This document shows, piece after piece, positions 28,814 to 40,014 of a stretch of 64,000 bases of DNA. The DNA lies in IMG/VR virus record IMGVR_UViG_3300032225_000827, positions 2,070-66,069 of that record; one strand, written 5' to 3'. Both the position numbers and the translations under genes were made by a program. A model generated the notes under the pieces. That model did no database searches. It had not been told where the DNA came from and saw only the letters and a program-made list of their open reading frames with translations. Position 1 is the stretch's first letter, and each line of letters begins with the position of its first letter. The DNA comes from a virus. Its lineage: Duplodnaviria > Caudoviricetes.

Positions 28814-31800
28814 TTATATAAACGCTTCGCTTGGTACATAGCTACATTTAACGTCAAACAATATAGCCTTTTCGTTACCTGAGTACTCAATCTTATGCAA
28901 CAAAGCAAACGCTCTTAATTCCCTTCCATTAATCAAAGCCTTTTCCTCAGTATTCTGAGATGGTTTTGCGGCTATGATATTTGTCATATCTCTCAAATAA
29001 GCTGACCACCAATACCCTTCCTTCAACTTAAAGTTATTAGGGAATAACTTAGACTTCATCGCTGGATATGATGATGTAGCCTTTGAGGAAACCTCGGTCA
29101 AATCAAACAGCTTATTAGATCTCAAGCCTATGCTCAATGGTCGCTTAATCAAGACAGGTTGGTCATTCATAATAAAGTCAACGCTCATAGTCTTTTGCTC
29201 TCCGTAGAAAGTTAATTCATTTGGAGTTCCATCTTCTAAAGCTGCGATATTATGTTCGTACAAATCCTCCTGATTAAACGTAAACACGTTAATACCAAGC
29301 GTTTCAGCCCAATACAAATCGTAGTCAACAAAAGTCTTCCAACGATCTTCTAAGTAGTCAAATACAGGGGCAATATTACTATCATATTGGTAATATATTC
29401 TGTTACCCATCATTTGAGCAGGTTTGTCTTTTGGGTAAAAATACTTAACGAAATTCAACGTGTACTCAGTATTCTGCTCATCAACAAAGGCGAGAGGCTC
29501 GTATTTTGAAACGTAAGTTTCTCCCAATATGTTTATCTCCTCAACCTTTCCAACTAGTACCGTTTGATTTGTTAGCCAGTAATTAAACTTATACTTTGGA
29601 CCTGTCAAATCATATTGACCATTAGCTGAGCTTCTAACTACTGTACCGCTATTGTAGTCATAGTAGTACATATCGTTCTCAATCACAAGGACTGAACCAG
29701 GATGAACACATCCGTACAAAGTCTCTGAAGGATTTACACCTCCAAAAGTCTTTGATGTAAAAGCAAGCTGACCAGATCCATCTCCAGAAGTGGCGTATGA
29801 CCTTTGAACATAGATACTAACCTCCTTACGATCTTGCAAAGCCTTCAATGTGTATCCGACTTGTTTAAGGCGATTTATAGGACCAAAGGTGTCATCTAAA
29901 TACTCAGCGTTACCCAAAGTATCAAAAGAAGATAATCCGTTGATAAAAGCACCCATAACGTATTGAGCAGAGTGTATAACCCCAGTCTTGTAATGCGTTC
30001 TCCTAGTCTTGTTATTCTCAATACCAATCCTTCCTCTTCCGTGTCCGTCTGATACATAATAATCGCTATAATTGAAATCTTCTATAAAATAGAAGCGAGA
30101 AATCATTGTTGGTAGGAAAACGTATTGATTATTATATATTATGTCTGCAAAACCTTCAGGGGAGTTAAATCTATTAAAATAACTATTGAAAAATCTATTA
30201 TACCAAGATGTGTATGTAAAAGTTCCTCTTTCAGAATATGTAGGGTCATTATTCCATGTTATAGTCCATTTTCTTTTAGTTAAAGAATCAGTTGTTACAG
30301 CGTTATAATCAGCAAATGTAGCAAAGTCAACTCCTGTAGCTAATTCTCTTTTTCTATAATAAATATCACCATAATCGGATTCAATAATAGCTGATTGATT
30401 AGATGTTTGATTTTGAGTGTTTCCAGCATGGTATCTATTAGCCCCATCTGTTACAATATCAAACTTTTCTATCTCATACCAAATATCTTCAGAAGTATCT
30501 TTTTTAGGTGTGTATATTTCACATAAAGCTCCAAATCCAAGCATTGATCCTCCAAATAAAGAAATATAATCAAACTCATTTACTATTATTTGATTAGTTG
30601 ATGAATCATAACTTTGAACTTCAACTTCTTGATATTGATAAATATAAGAAGATGGATTTATTTGTGAAGCATTTTCACCTTCAGAAGATGGTCCTGGATT
30701 TTTAAAATACTCTCCAGATATAAAACGAACTCTATCACCTCTTGATGGAGTATGATAAAATGTTGCAGTCTGATATTTATTTGTATAAAAATCTATAGAC
30801 GTTTGAACAGGTACTTTATCTAATTGAAAAACTAAAGTATTAATTGATGTTCCCTGAGAAATATATGTTATAGTAGTTTGCATAAAACTACTAATCAACT
30901 CATCTTTTTTTACAAGAATAGAATAATGAGTAGCCCAATCAGGAGGAGTGTGATTAATTGTAAACTTAGGATTTACAGTATAAGCAGATTGACTCTGACC
31001 AAATTCATTAATATTATATTGAAATGAAGATAAATCTTCTTGCCCAGGGAAAGGAACTTCTAATACCATTCCCGGAGTTGTTTGAACTGTATTCGACCTA
31101 TTCCCTCTGTCGTAGTACTGAATACCAAATACTTTTTTACTTCCTTTTTTTAATGATTTACAGCATTTATTTGATCTCGTAATTAAAGATTTACTTTGCC
31201 AAACATTACAAAAATCACCATCTCCATTAACATAACCATTTTCTTCGTCTGTATCTTTAGACCCAACAAATCCATTGAATTGAAAATAACAAGTAGATAA
31301 ATCGCTATAATAAGATATGTTTAAATTTGAATATTCAGATTCTAGATACGTTTTAATGTTGTTAAATAAATTTTTATATCTTGCATGATAATTATTTGGA
31401 AAATCTAAAGGGTATTGAACATCTTCAAATGTAACATTGTAGTAGTATTTTTTATAATCATTACTTTCTGGTTTTAATGAGAAAACTAATACATCACCTT
31501 CTTCATAGTACCAAAAATTTGCTTCTTGAGCTGTTATTTCAAATTTACAATAACTATTATTTGTATTATCTACATTTTGAATAGACAATCCAATTAATGA
31601 AAAAATAGTATTGTTACTAGCCTCATAAAGCTCTGTTAAATTACGTTCAATCGTTACATTGATATTCTCAACTAAATCGTAATCAGCGTAAAAATTACCA
31701 TAAGCTAATGATTGATTAGATAAAATCTCTTGACATTTTGATGTTTGAGGAACATTATCATAAAGAATATCTGTCAATGTAGCTCCTTGCGGCGCTGTAT

Positions 31801-32767
31801 TATCGTCAAATATTAATTCTTCTGTTTGATAAGATACGACATTTTCTTGAATTTTATCCAACTGTTTGAATATTAACCAAGCACCATTCTCACCTCTTCT
31901 ATATGCAAAATTAATTTGCCTTACATTTACAGTACCTGTGTAATACATTAACTTAATCTCATTATCCGCTAATGCATCAAGAGTATTTCTACCTGCAACA
32001 AATTCAGAAACCGTAGGAAATGGCTGTTTAGAAATCATCGACCACTTAGATTCCTCGTTGTTTTCATAAACGTATTGGTATCTGAATTGGTATTGATTTC
32101 CGTAAAGCTTGTTAAAGTTTTTATCAGGATTGGTTTGATATTCAGCCTCAATAACAAAAGTAGGAGGCGCTTTCAAAACATCCATTGTTTTAGATGATTC
32201 TTCTACACTTGCAAATGCTGCTAATGAATAACCCTCTTCATTACTTCCATTACTCTCGATAAACTTGATAGCCATATTAATGTCAAGCTTTCTTGGAGGA
32301 TTAAAACCATCTGTCCAGTAAAGAAGATTGTCAATTACATTGGCGTGATATATCTTATTCTCAACTTTGAAATTTAAAGCTTCTCCTGCGTATGTATTTA
32401 TTACAACAGGAGGTACACCTGGGAAATCAATAGTAACCGTTAAATTTGAAATAACCTTCTTAATCTCCTTTGTATCTAACTTGTAAGTCCAAATAGAGTG
32501 GTTATTTTGATCGTTAAAGACAAAGTAAACAATACTATTATTCTCAATCCATTTAGCTGAACCAATAACCGTATTAACACCATCAGGATAGTCAGCGTTG
32601 TCAATAAGAACATTTCCAGGCATACTCTCTATTGCACCCATGTTCTGATCCTCAGCGGAACCAGAACGTGAGTATGTAGAGCTTCTATAATCACCTTGAG
32701 ATACAAACCTAACGTCATCGTCAGTGTTCATCCCACCCAAAAATGTAATATCTTGACCTTGCATCAT
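28814..32767 (-). CDS. tail nozzle/stabilisation protein (1317 aa)
   Basis: N-terminal FLGGMNTDDD...GAIESMPGN...NLLYWTDGFNPPRKLDI resembles podoviral and crAss-like nozzle proteins. Follows the ring-type genes. Confidence 0.65.
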   Translation of the reverse strand: MMQGQDITFLGGMNTDDDVRFVSQGDYRSSTYSRSGSAEDQNMGAIESMPGNVLIDNADYPDGVNTVIGSAKWIENNSIVYFVFNDQNNHSIWTYKLDTKEIKKVISNLTVTIDFPGVPPVVINTYAGEALNFKVENKIYHANVIDNLLYWTDGFNPPRKLDINMAIKFIESNGSNEEGYSLAAFASVEESSKTMDVLKAPPTFVIEAEYQTNPDKNFNKLYGNQYQFRYQYVYENNEESKWSMISKQPFPTVSEFVAGRNTLDALADNEIKLMYYTGTVNVRQINFAYRRGENGAWLIFKQLDKIQENVVSYQTEELIFDDNTAPQGATLTDILYDNVPQTSKCQEILSNQSLAYGNFYADYDLVENINVTIERNLTELYEASNNTIFSLIGLSIQNVDNTNNSYCKFEITAQEANFWYYEEGDVLVFSLKPESNDYKKYYYNVTFEDVQYPLDFPNNYHARYKNLFNNIKTYLESEYSNLNISYYSDLSTCYFQFNGFVGSKDTDEENGYVNGDGDFCNVWQSKSLITRSNKCCKSLKKGSKKVFGIQYYDRGNRSNTVQTTPGMVLEVPFPGQEDLSSFQYNINEFGQSQSAYTVNPKFTINHTPPDWATHYSILVKKDELISSFMQTTITYISQGTSINTLVFQLDKVPVQTSIDFYTNKYQTATFYHTPSRGDRVRFISGEYFKNPGPSSEGENASQINPSSYIYQYQEVEVQSYDSSTNQIIVNEFDYISLFGGSMLGFGALCEIYTPKKDTSEDIWYEIEKFDIVTDGANRYHAGNTQNQTSNQSAIIESDYGDIYYRKRELATGVDFATFADYNAVTTDSLTKRKWTITWNNDPTYSERGTFTYTSWYNRFFNSYFNRFNSPEGFADIIYNNQYVFLPTMISRFYFIEDFNYSDYYVSDGHGRGRIGIENNKTRRTHYKTGVIHSAQYVMGAFINGLSSFDTLGNAEYLDDTFGPINRLKQVGYTLKALQDRKEVSIYVQRSYATSGDGSGQLAFTSKTFGGVNPSETLYGCVHPGSVLVIENDMYYYDYNSGTVVRSSANGQYDLTGPKYKFNYWLTNQTVLVGKVEEINILGETYVSKYEPLAFVDEQNTEYTLNFVKYFYPKDKPAQMMGNRIYYQYDSNIAPVFDYLEDRWKTFVDYDLYWAETLGINVFTFNQEDLYEHNIAALEDGTPNELTFYGEQKTMSVDFIMNDQPVLIKRPLSIGLRSNKLFDLTEVSSKATSSYPAMKSKLFPNNFKLKEGYWWSAYLRDMTNIIAAKPSQNTEEKALINGRELRAFALLHKIEYSGNEKAILFDVKCSYVPSEAFI

Positions 32768-32770
32768 AAA

Positions 32771-33526
32771 TTATCTAATATTAAATCCGCTTGCTCCGTA
32801 GATAGTATCCATAATCTCATCTACTGTTGGAGCCTTAGCAACAATGTTTGCATCCCACATAGCATCAGTATATTGACGCTCTCTATCCTTAGCCAAATTA
32901 ATCAACTCAGGCTTTAACTCACACATCTGCCACAACAAATACTTTTGGAAAGCATCGAAGTAAGCAAGAGGAATCAAAGTGTTTCCACACACGTTTTTAC
33001 CTGAGCTGAGGTATTCAATTACAGCCTTTCCGTTTGGAAGAGCCTCTGCAAATTGAATATATCTCTGTTTGTCATTTACACGATAATAATTGACATTAAA
33101 TCCACCTCCTGCGGTATATATAGGACCGAAGTAAGTTCCGTTATAGAAACCTTCCGCAATCCAAAATCCACTACTATTTCCGTAGTTAGGATTGTTCTGA
33201 GCCTCTTCTATAGTTCCACAAGCGTCAGGCTCTTGGAAAGCTAATGTGTTATCAATACCCAAAGTCCACACCCTGTTACCAGTCTTATATCCTACCTTAG
33301 TGTATCTGATATAATCGGCAGGCATAGGCCATATCTTAGTGTTAGCATCTACATCAACGTACTCAGCAACTACTGAAGGCATATTAAAGGCGCTCAATTT
33401 ATGCTGATAAAACTCTATAGCTAACTGCTCAATCCAATCATAGTCATTCATTGAGTAACCGAAGTTCTTCATCCGGTTAATCGCAGTTAAGACTATGTGG
33501 GTTATATTTTTAACTGGGTCTTTCAT
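32771..33526 (-). CDS. tail tubular/ring-type protein
   Basis: 251 aa in the head-tail block. PADYIRYTKVG motif. Confidence 0.5.
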   Translation of the reverse strand: MKDPVKNITHIVLTAINRMKNFGYSMNDYDWIEQLAIEFYQHKLSAFNMPSVVAEYVDVDANTKIWPMPADYIRYTKVGYKTGNRVWTLGIDNTLAFQEPDACGTIEEAQNNPNYGNSSGFWIAEGFYNGTYFGPIYTAGGGFNVNYYRVNDKQRYIQFAEALPNGKAVIEYLSSGKNVCGNTLIPLAYFDAFQKYLLWQMCELKPELINLAKDRERQYTDAMWDANIVAKAPTVDEIMDTIYGASGFNIR

Positions 33527-34119
33527 TACTTAGCAGGGTTATTAGGTTTGTCTGTATCAGGCACACCATTGTTGTAAACCTCCTCAGGCTTAGTATTGGT
33601 CTGCATAATCATCTGAATCACCATGTTGTAGATATTAGACTCTTGCCCTGGAACTGAGATAATATCATCGTCATCCATCTCAGCAACATTAGGAATAATA
33701 TCAAGATTAATAGTATCGGTAGGTTTTGTGTTAAAATAAAGCTTGTGGCCTCTCATATAACAAGTAACCAAATTAGTCTGAGGCTTGATAATGTTCATCA
33801 TCCTATTCTCAGTAGTACCCATTCTAATTGGATACCAAGAACAATCAGAACCTTCAACATAAGTAATTCCTTCGCTACCCAATAATGGCAATACAGGAAG
33901 TTTAGCGGAATATTGTCCATGATTACAAGCCACTGTAGCTGTGTATCTAACAGACAAATCCTTCTTAGCTGATGGATTACCAAAAACAGCGTCAGTATAT
34001 GCTAAATTTAGAACATAGGCAATAACCTGATAAGGATACTTACCTTTAACATCATCAGTAACATCCCCAGATGCTAGACGATTTTGTATTGTCTCTATTA
34101 ATTGTCTTTTAGTAATCAT
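33526..34119 (-). CDS. tail ring/adaptor-type protein
   Basis: 197 aa, assigned by position only. Confidence 0.45.
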   Translation of the reverse strand: MITKRQLIETIQNRLASGDVTDDVKGKYPYQVIAYVLNLAYTDAVFGNPSAKKDLSVRYTATVACNHGQYSAKLPVLPLLGSEGITYVEGSDCSWYPIRMGTTENRMMNIIKPQTNLVTCYMRGHKLYFNTKPTDTINLDIIPNVAEMDDDDIISVPGQESNIYNMVIQMIMQTNTKPEEVYNNGVPDTDKPNNPAK

Positions 34120-34129
34120 CTAAGTTGTT

Positions 34130-34876
34130 TTATAAGTTACCGTATGTCGGTATTCCTCTATTGTTAGTACCAGCCTGTCCTTTATTGATCTCCAATGTCT
34201 GCAAGTTAAACTCAGAACGGATATTAATGCTAAAGTACTTAACAATCAATTCAATTAAATTCAATCTAACTGATTCAGGATATTCAAACTCCACAGATGT
34301 GCTAGGAGAGCCATCAGCGTGATTTGTTCCTGGAGGTAGGTATATAACCTCTCCATCTATAATATCATAATCGTAATTAGGGACATTAGGCTTGCGAAGA
34401 TATGTGAACACAATAGGCTGACTAGTCACTGGCTGAACCAACCACTTGTTATTCTGAATAGCCGCAATAGGACGCTTCAATGTAGGCTTCAATATCTCTG
34501 TACCAATTCTATATCCGAAATCTGCTTGATTCAAAAATTCAATCGGTCTAATTTGAGATATAACTGTCTCACAATCTTCAGATTCAAATGTGGAGAAATA
34601 AGAACGTATATAATACCAATAATCTTCTGGAATATCAACATATCCAAAATTATCCTGTCTCAAAGGAACAGAACTTGAATCCCCTATTGTCTTAACAAAG
34701 GGCAACAAGTCATCAGTAATCTCCCTCTTCTCTTCAAATACTTTCAATAGGTCATTGATTTGCTCAAGGTTGACATATCTGATAGCCTCATTATAGGATT
34801 CGGGGGTCACATAACCCCCATATTGATCCTTTCCTAATGACGCATATACGTTATTTAATATCTCTTGTAAATTCAT
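34130..34876 (-). CDS. tail tubular/adaptor-type protein
   Basis: 248 aa; GGYVTPESYN, PEDYWYY and YLRKP motifs resemble adaptor proteins. Confidence 0.55.
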   Translation of the reverse strand: MNLQEILNNVYASLGKDQYGGYVTPESYNEAIRYVNLEQINDLLKVFEEKREITDDLLPFVKTIGDSSSVPLRQDNFGYVDIPEDYWYYIRSYFSTFESEDCETVISQIRPIEFLNQADFGYRIGTEILKPTLKRPIAAIQNNKWLVQPVTSQPIVFTYLRKPNVPNYDYDIIDGEVIYLPPGTNHADGSPSTSVEFEYPESVRLNLIELIVKYFSINIRSEFNLQTLEINKGQAGTNNRGIPTYGNL

Positions 34877-34878
34877 AT

Positions 34879-37455
34879 TTATGGTAGAATTACTGGCATT
34901 TTACCAAATGACTGCTCAATGTTTAATAGAGTAATATTCATGTTGGTAGAGTTGAAAACAATATTTTCAATTTGAGAACCAGTAAAGAAATTAGCTGCGC
35001 TGTTATTAGGATAACTAGGTCCTTTAGCATATCTACTAATTTTTCTATTGGTATTATCAACACCTTCTGAATTTACAATATCCTGAACTGAAGCAGTGCT
35101 AACAATATTCTCGTCCATTGCAAGAGAAAATTCATAGCTTCCATCATACAAATCTACTCCGTAAGAGAATTTAGGATTAAAACCTTTATATCCTCCAAAT
35201 AACAATTCAGAATCTTCAGATAAAGCGATGTTTGAACTTGTATTATATTTAACATCAACCAAAGTAACAGTATCATAAGCAGCACCATTCCATTGCTTTT
35301 CAAAACTAAGTTCTAAATCAACAAAAGAACCACATGGGATAGCTCTTAAAATAATACTCTTATTGGCTGTAGAGTTATTAACCAATATTGGTTGAATAGT
35401 TCCTTCATAATAAGGTTCGTTAACTACAAAAGAAGCTTTAATCTTACTCCAATACTTATAGTCCACATCTGAAAACTTCCAATAAGAATCATTCTCTAAT
35501 TTCAATGTATTTGTAAAGTTATACTCACCTGATGTCAAATCACCTTTATAAACAGGGAATGAAATTGAAGAATCTTGCCAAGAAGCTCCACCAGGATATG
35601 TAACAGTATTATTAAAAGCAACTGAAATAGAAGTCGAACCTCCGGAATAAGATGTGCTAGATACCTGACCATAGAACCAAGACGATGTAGTTGGGTTATA
35701 GAAAGACAAATAATCGTTAGTTAAAATATATTCAGTAACATCTCCAGATATTAAAATTCCATAAGAAACAGAACTAAGAGCCGTTCCAGAAGTAGCATCC
35801 CAAGCAGATTGCTTTGAACCATCATTAGTCATCAACTCATAAGTTGAAATCTCACTATCTGATGGGCTAAATTGATCAATCTGCTCTTGTAATGCGGCAA
35901 CCTCTGACTCTAAAGTATCTACTTGAACTTGCAACCCTGTAATATCACCAGTATTATTATTAACCTGACTACCTAAATTAGTAGTTGTACTTACCAAACC
36001 ATCAACGGTATTAAATAGAGTTTGACCTCCAGGAAGAGTTTCTCCAAGACCTGTCCAGTTATTTAAAGCTGATACATCATCTGCTAATCCGTCTACATTG
36101 GTTTGAAGAGCATCTACTTGAGCAGGAATACCAGCCAACTCTTCTAATAAGCTATTGATGTTAATTCCAACATTATTAACCCAAGTAGGTCCAGTCTCTC
36201 CACATCCGCAATCACTACTGCAATCTCCGCAATCGCAAGAACCAGAACAAGATCCAGAGCATCCACATCCACAACTAGTGTCGGTTTGCTTAACTACCTC
36301 AAAAATCTCTGCAATGTATCTCTCATAAGCGTTTTTATCTCCACAAGCCTGAGCTTCTCTAGCCATCGTGTACAACAACTGCACATTGTCAACGTATTGC
36401 TGCAATGGGCTAACTGAAGATGATCTCAAATAAGAGATATGACGATCCTTCAACTTAGTTAAGCAACTTGACAATCCGCACATATTACTCGTGCAGCTAA
36501 CATTAAATTCTTTAACAACAGAAGCTACATTAATTATAACAAGACCATCAACTTGAGTTTTTGATGTTGTCAAAGCCAATTTAGCGCTCCAAGTACCTGT
36601 AGCTAATGTATTAATGGTAACAAAACTTCCGTTTTCAACAACTAATGGATTTTCAATAGGGTAGTTATCAGGATTAGGAGATTGAGTAAAATCCAATCCA
36701 TTAGGGTAGTAAATAGTAAACTCTTTATCGTCAGCTACAAATCCTGTTGGATATACACTAGAATCTTCAAAAGTAATATTTCCAAAGGGAGTAGATGTGC
36801 AATCGTAATTAGCAGTAATACATGGAGTTACAGAAGAGCAACTTGTGTAAGTGTAAATTTTATCTGTGTAGATAGGTATGTACTTCCAAGTAAAAATAAT
36901 CTGAGCTGTGGCATCTGGACCAGGATTTTCAGGAACTACAAATGTATCTGTAGTTACAGTTATATATGTAGTACTAGTATTACTGTAATACATTATATCT
37001 GAAATAGTATATGTCCCATTATTTTCTGAATCTGTAGCACTATAGATACTAAAAGTATCGCCAGCAGCCCAAATTAAACTCAAATTAGTGAGAGGAATTG
37101 CAATTATACTAGGGCTAATAAAAGACATATTCAAATCTTCTCCCGATTGATTAAAAGTATAGCCATTTGTATAATTCAATTTGTAATTACCAGGAATAAT
37201 AGCATTAGATGTTGTTACATTCAAATTATATTCAGGAGTTACATTTGGAATGATAGATTTATCTATTGTAAAATCAACCAAATTAATAATTAGATTATTT
37301 GTAGGGTCGAACAAAGTAGCAGCACTATCGATTTGAACATTGTAAGGGAACTCTGATGTATTATAATCAGTAAAGTCCTTAATGTATGTCTTTTTTGAAT
37401 TACAATCAAAATAAAGACGAATATCTGTAGTCATAAAACGAGAAGATTTAGACAC
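34879..37455 (-). CDS. structural protein with a Cys-rich linker and coiled coil (858 aa)
   Basis: Contains CGCGCSGSCSGSCDCGDCSSDCGC followed by heptad repeats. Start is uncertain (GTG 37455 or ATG near 37437). Confidence 0.6.
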   Translation of the reverse strand: MSKSSRFMTTDIRLYFDCNSKKTYIKDFTDYNTSEFPYNVQIDSAATLFDPTNNLIINLVDFTIDKSIIPNVTPEYNLNVTTSNAIIPGNYKLNYTNGYTFNQSGEDLNMSFISPSIIAIPLTNLSLIWAAGDTFSIYSATDSENNGTYTISDIMYYSNTSTTYITVTTDTFVVPENPGPDATAQIIFTWKYIPIYTDKIYTYTSCSSVTPCITANYDCTSTPFGNITFEDSSVYPTGFVADDKEFTIYYPNGLDFTQSPNPDNYPIENPLVVENGSFVTINTLATGTWSAKLALTTSKTQVDGLVIINVASVVKEFNVSCTSNMCGLSSCLTKLKDRHISYLRSSSVSPLQQYVDNVQLLYTMAREAQACGDKNAYERYIAEIFEVVKQTDTSCGCGCSGSCSGSCDCGDCSSDCGCGETGPTWVNNVGININSLLEELAGIPAQVDALQTNVDGLADDVSALNNWTGLGETLPGGQTLFNTVDGLVSTTTNLGSQVNNNTGDITGLQVQVDTLESEVAALQEQIDQFSPSDSEISTYELMTNDGSKQSAWDATSGTALSSVSYGILISGDVTEYILTNDYLSFYNPTTSSWFYGQVSSTSYSGGSTSISVAFNNTVTYPGGASWQDSSISFPVYKGDLTSGEYNFTNTLKLENDSYWKFSDVDYKYWSKIKASFVVNEPYYEGTIQPILVNNSTANKSIILRAIPCGSFVDLELSFEKQWNGAAYDTVTLVDVKYNTSSNIALSEDSELLFGGYKGFNPKFSYGVDLYDGSYEFSLAMDENIVSTASVQDIVNSEGVDNTNRKISRYAKGPSYPNNSAANFFTGSQIENIVFNSTNMNITLLNIEQSFGKMPVILP

Positions 37456-37461
37456 AAAAAT

Positions 37462-37494
37462 AAAAAAAAGGGGCTAAGAAACCTAACCCCTTTT
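37462..37494 (-). terminator. intrinsic terminator
   Basis: AAAAGGGG...CCCCTTTT inverted repeat with an A run on +, i.e. a U tract on the - strand. Confidence 0.6.
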
Positions 37495-37513
37495 AAGACT
37501 TTTTTAATTACTT

Positions 37514-38458
37514 TTATTTCACTAACCCTTTAACGATTTCAAACGCTTCAGGATTGTTAGAAACGTACTCTACAAGGCTAAACATTTTAGCCTCTTCTGA
37601 GTCTCCATCTACATCACAAAGGTATTTAGCCTTTCCAGGACCCTTGATTCTCCATTTGTCGACACTCTCATCCTCAAACAATCTCAATCCGTCAACCAAA
37701 TTAGCAACCAAGTTCTTTACATTAGTCAAGCTAACAACCTCGTCAACCGTAGTTCCCTTCTCAGGAGCTTGATTACCCTTGATAGCGTCATAGTTTTTAA
37801 CTCGTGAAGGATTGTTAACCAAACTATCAAAGAATGTAACACGGTCAACCTTCTCCTCACCTCTCAAGCTAATGTTCATAAGCTTAGCAATAGATTTCAA
37901 AGAATCGTAAGAAATACGAGTATCTTCAATCAAAATCTCATCCTCCAAACGTCTGCGATACTTAATGTTATCGTACTTAGATTCTACTTGAGCTTCTGGG
38001 ATAATAAATTCAAACTTAGCGTCTTTCTTTTTGTTTTCGCAATTATTATTTACAAAATTATCAGAATAAAACCATAAAAAAATCAATTTTTCTAAATCAA
38101 CTGAAGGTTTTAATATAGTTTCAGATGATATTTCTATTAAAGAATTAACCCATTTAATATCACCACCTCTTGTTGAAGGAGCTTTTTCAGAATAACGAAC
38201 CTCAATTTTAAATCCATCATTAAATTCAAAACCATAAGATTTAATTTTTCTTTCCTGAGGAGATTTTAAAATTCGACCTGCTGAAATTTCACCACCTGGT
38301 CTAAATAAGTCAATATAAAATTTAGCTGACTTAATATAATCAATTTTAATTGGAAGGGGATTTTCCTTTCTAAAAAATGTAGGAAAATTTTGTTGCAAGA
38401 TTTCAATATGCTCTTGCAAGTCTTCACGCTCTAAGCGCACGCCATCTCTGTATAACAT
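37514..38458 (-). CDS. hypothetical protein downstream of the major capsid gene
   Basis: 314-aa ORF flanked by terminators. Confidence 0.7.
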   Translation of the reverse strand: MLYRDGVRLEREDLQEHIEILQQNFPTFFRKENPLPIKIDYIKSAKFYIDLFRPGGEISAGRILKSPQERKIKSYGFEFNDGFKIEVRYSEKAPSTRGGDIKWVNSLIEISSETILKPSVDLEKLIFLWFYSDNFVNNNCENKKKDAKFEFIIPEAQVESKYDNIKYRRRLEDEILIEDTRISYDSLKSIAKLMNISLRGEEKVDRVTFFDSLVNNPSRVKNYDAIKGNQAPEKGTTVDEVVSLTNVKNLVANLVDGLRLFEDESVDKWRIKGPGKAKYLCDVDGDSEEAKMFSLVEYVSNNPEAFEIVKGLVK

Positions 38459-38494
38459 AATTTATTTTGTTTTTGTTTTTTATTTTAAAAGAGT

Positions 38495-38526
38495 AAAAGA
38501 GGGAGTTTTTAAACTCCCCCTTTTTA
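38495..38526 (-). terminator. intrinsic terminator after the capsid gene
   Basis: GGGAGTTT-tt-AAACTCCC hairpin flanked by A and T runs. Confidence 0.75.
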
Positions 38527-38539
38527 TTCATTAGAGAAA

Positions 38540-39988
38540 TTAATCTCTGTAAAGCAAACCACACTGCTCAATTTTGAACCAATCAAAACCAAAGTGAGTC
38601 AACATATAGATTACATAGTTGTCATTTGGTCCAAGACGGCGAGGAGAAGCAGCTCCATCATCCCAAACCTTCATGAAACGATCTTCACCATCCATTGACT
38701 TGTAGATCAACTCAACTGTGTTACGCAACAAACCAGAAGCATCAGCTTGCTTTTCAGCAGGCATAACAAATCCCATTCCTGCAAATTTGTTGTTTGATCC
38801 AGCTCCGAACAATGTAGGATCGTAAGACAAGTCAAATGATTTAACATTCAAGTTCTTACCATTCAAAGTCAAGGTAGAGAAAGCGAAAGTTGACATCATT
38901 GTTTCAAAATCTTGATTATCACCAAAGATTACTTTAGCAGACTCTTGACGAGTAGAAGCAATGTTAGTATTAGCCAAGAAATTATTATTACCAAGGCTAA
39001 GATCCTGCTCAAAAGCCTGATACAACTCCTTACAGAACAAACCAATCAAATCGTTACCAGTCCAATTAGCTTTCATTCCTGCGATCAAAGTGTAAATTGC
39101 TTCGATATCAAAAGTATCTCCAGTACCAACATCCCAAGGAGTTGAAACAGCACGTTGTTCAAAAGTATCAACCATACCCTGGGCATAAGAACTGTTATGG
39201 AATCCATCAGGATCCATCATGTTACCAGAACTCAAAAATGCACTTGGAGTATAAGCTTTACCCAAAATCATCGCACCAACCAATCCCAACAAGTGACGGT
39301 ATTCGTGTTGTGCAAACAAATGTGAGTGGAAACCTTTCAAAGTCTTGCCATCATCCATCATTACTGGGAAAACTTTATCAGTCAAAGCATCACCAGTAAT
39401 CTTAGCTGAAGTCTTGTGACGTTGCATTGGAGCATAGAAACGAGACCAGTAAGTAGCCTTAGCATTTGGCTGAGCAGTATCTTCACCAAAAGAAGAAGAA
39501 TAGATAGCCAAAACATCGTTTTGAGCAATATCAACTGAAGCACCAGAAATAGAGCTAGCAGAAATTTCATAATATCCGTTAGTTCCTACTTCAGGAGTAA
39601 CAGTATTAACACGCAAACGAACAAAATCACTCATGCGAATCAACAAGTCACCAGGAACAACGTAAGGTTGATCCAAATCTCCAGTAGCTGTACGGATGGT
39701 AACAGTTGTACCAGCAGCAGGCTCATTAGAAACTGTGATTGATTGATTGTAGCGGTCTTCTTCAAAGTGGAAAGCTCCATTTGAGTTATTAACTACACGC
39801 TTAGCACCTTGAGCAATCAAAAGATTCAAGATGTCCAAACCTTGTCCACCAAAACGCTTAAACAATTTAGTAGAAACATCTGGAGGAAGAGCGTCAATAG
39901 ATGACAAAATGTTGTGCTGTCCGTATCCGGTAGCACCTGTGCCATACCCCTGGGGCAAAGCAGCTGGATTGTTATATACAATAGCCAT
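38540..39988 (-). CDS. major capsid protein
   Basis: 482 aa, downstream of portal and scaffold-like genes, strongly biased codon usage, own terminator. Confidence 0.75.
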   Translation of the reverse strand: MAIVYNNPAALPQGYGTGATGYGQHNILSSIDALPPDVSTKLFKRFGGQGLDILNLLIAQGAKRVVNNSNGAFHFEEDRYNQSITVSNEPAAGTTVTIRTATGDLDQPYVVPGDLLIRMSDFVRLRVNTVTPEVGTNGYYEISASSISGASVDIAQNDVLAIYSSSFGEDTAQPNAKATYWSRFYAPMQRHKTSAKITGDALTDKVFPVMMDDGKTLKGFHSHLFAQHEYRHLLGLVGAMILGKAYTPSAFLSSGNMMDPDGFHNSSYAQGMVDTFEQRAVSTPWDVGTGDTFDIEAIYTLIAGMKANWTGNDLIGLFCKELYQAFEQDLSLGNNNFLANTNIASTRQESAKVIFGDNQDFETMMSTFAFSTLTLNGKNLNVKSFDLSYDPTLFGAGSNNKFAGMGFVMPAEKQADASGLLRNTVELIYKSMDGEDRFMKVWDDGAASPRRLGPNDNYVIYMLTHFGFDWFKIEQCGLLYRD

Positions 39989-40014
39989 TTTTTTTAGTTT
40001 TTAAAGTTATTTTT

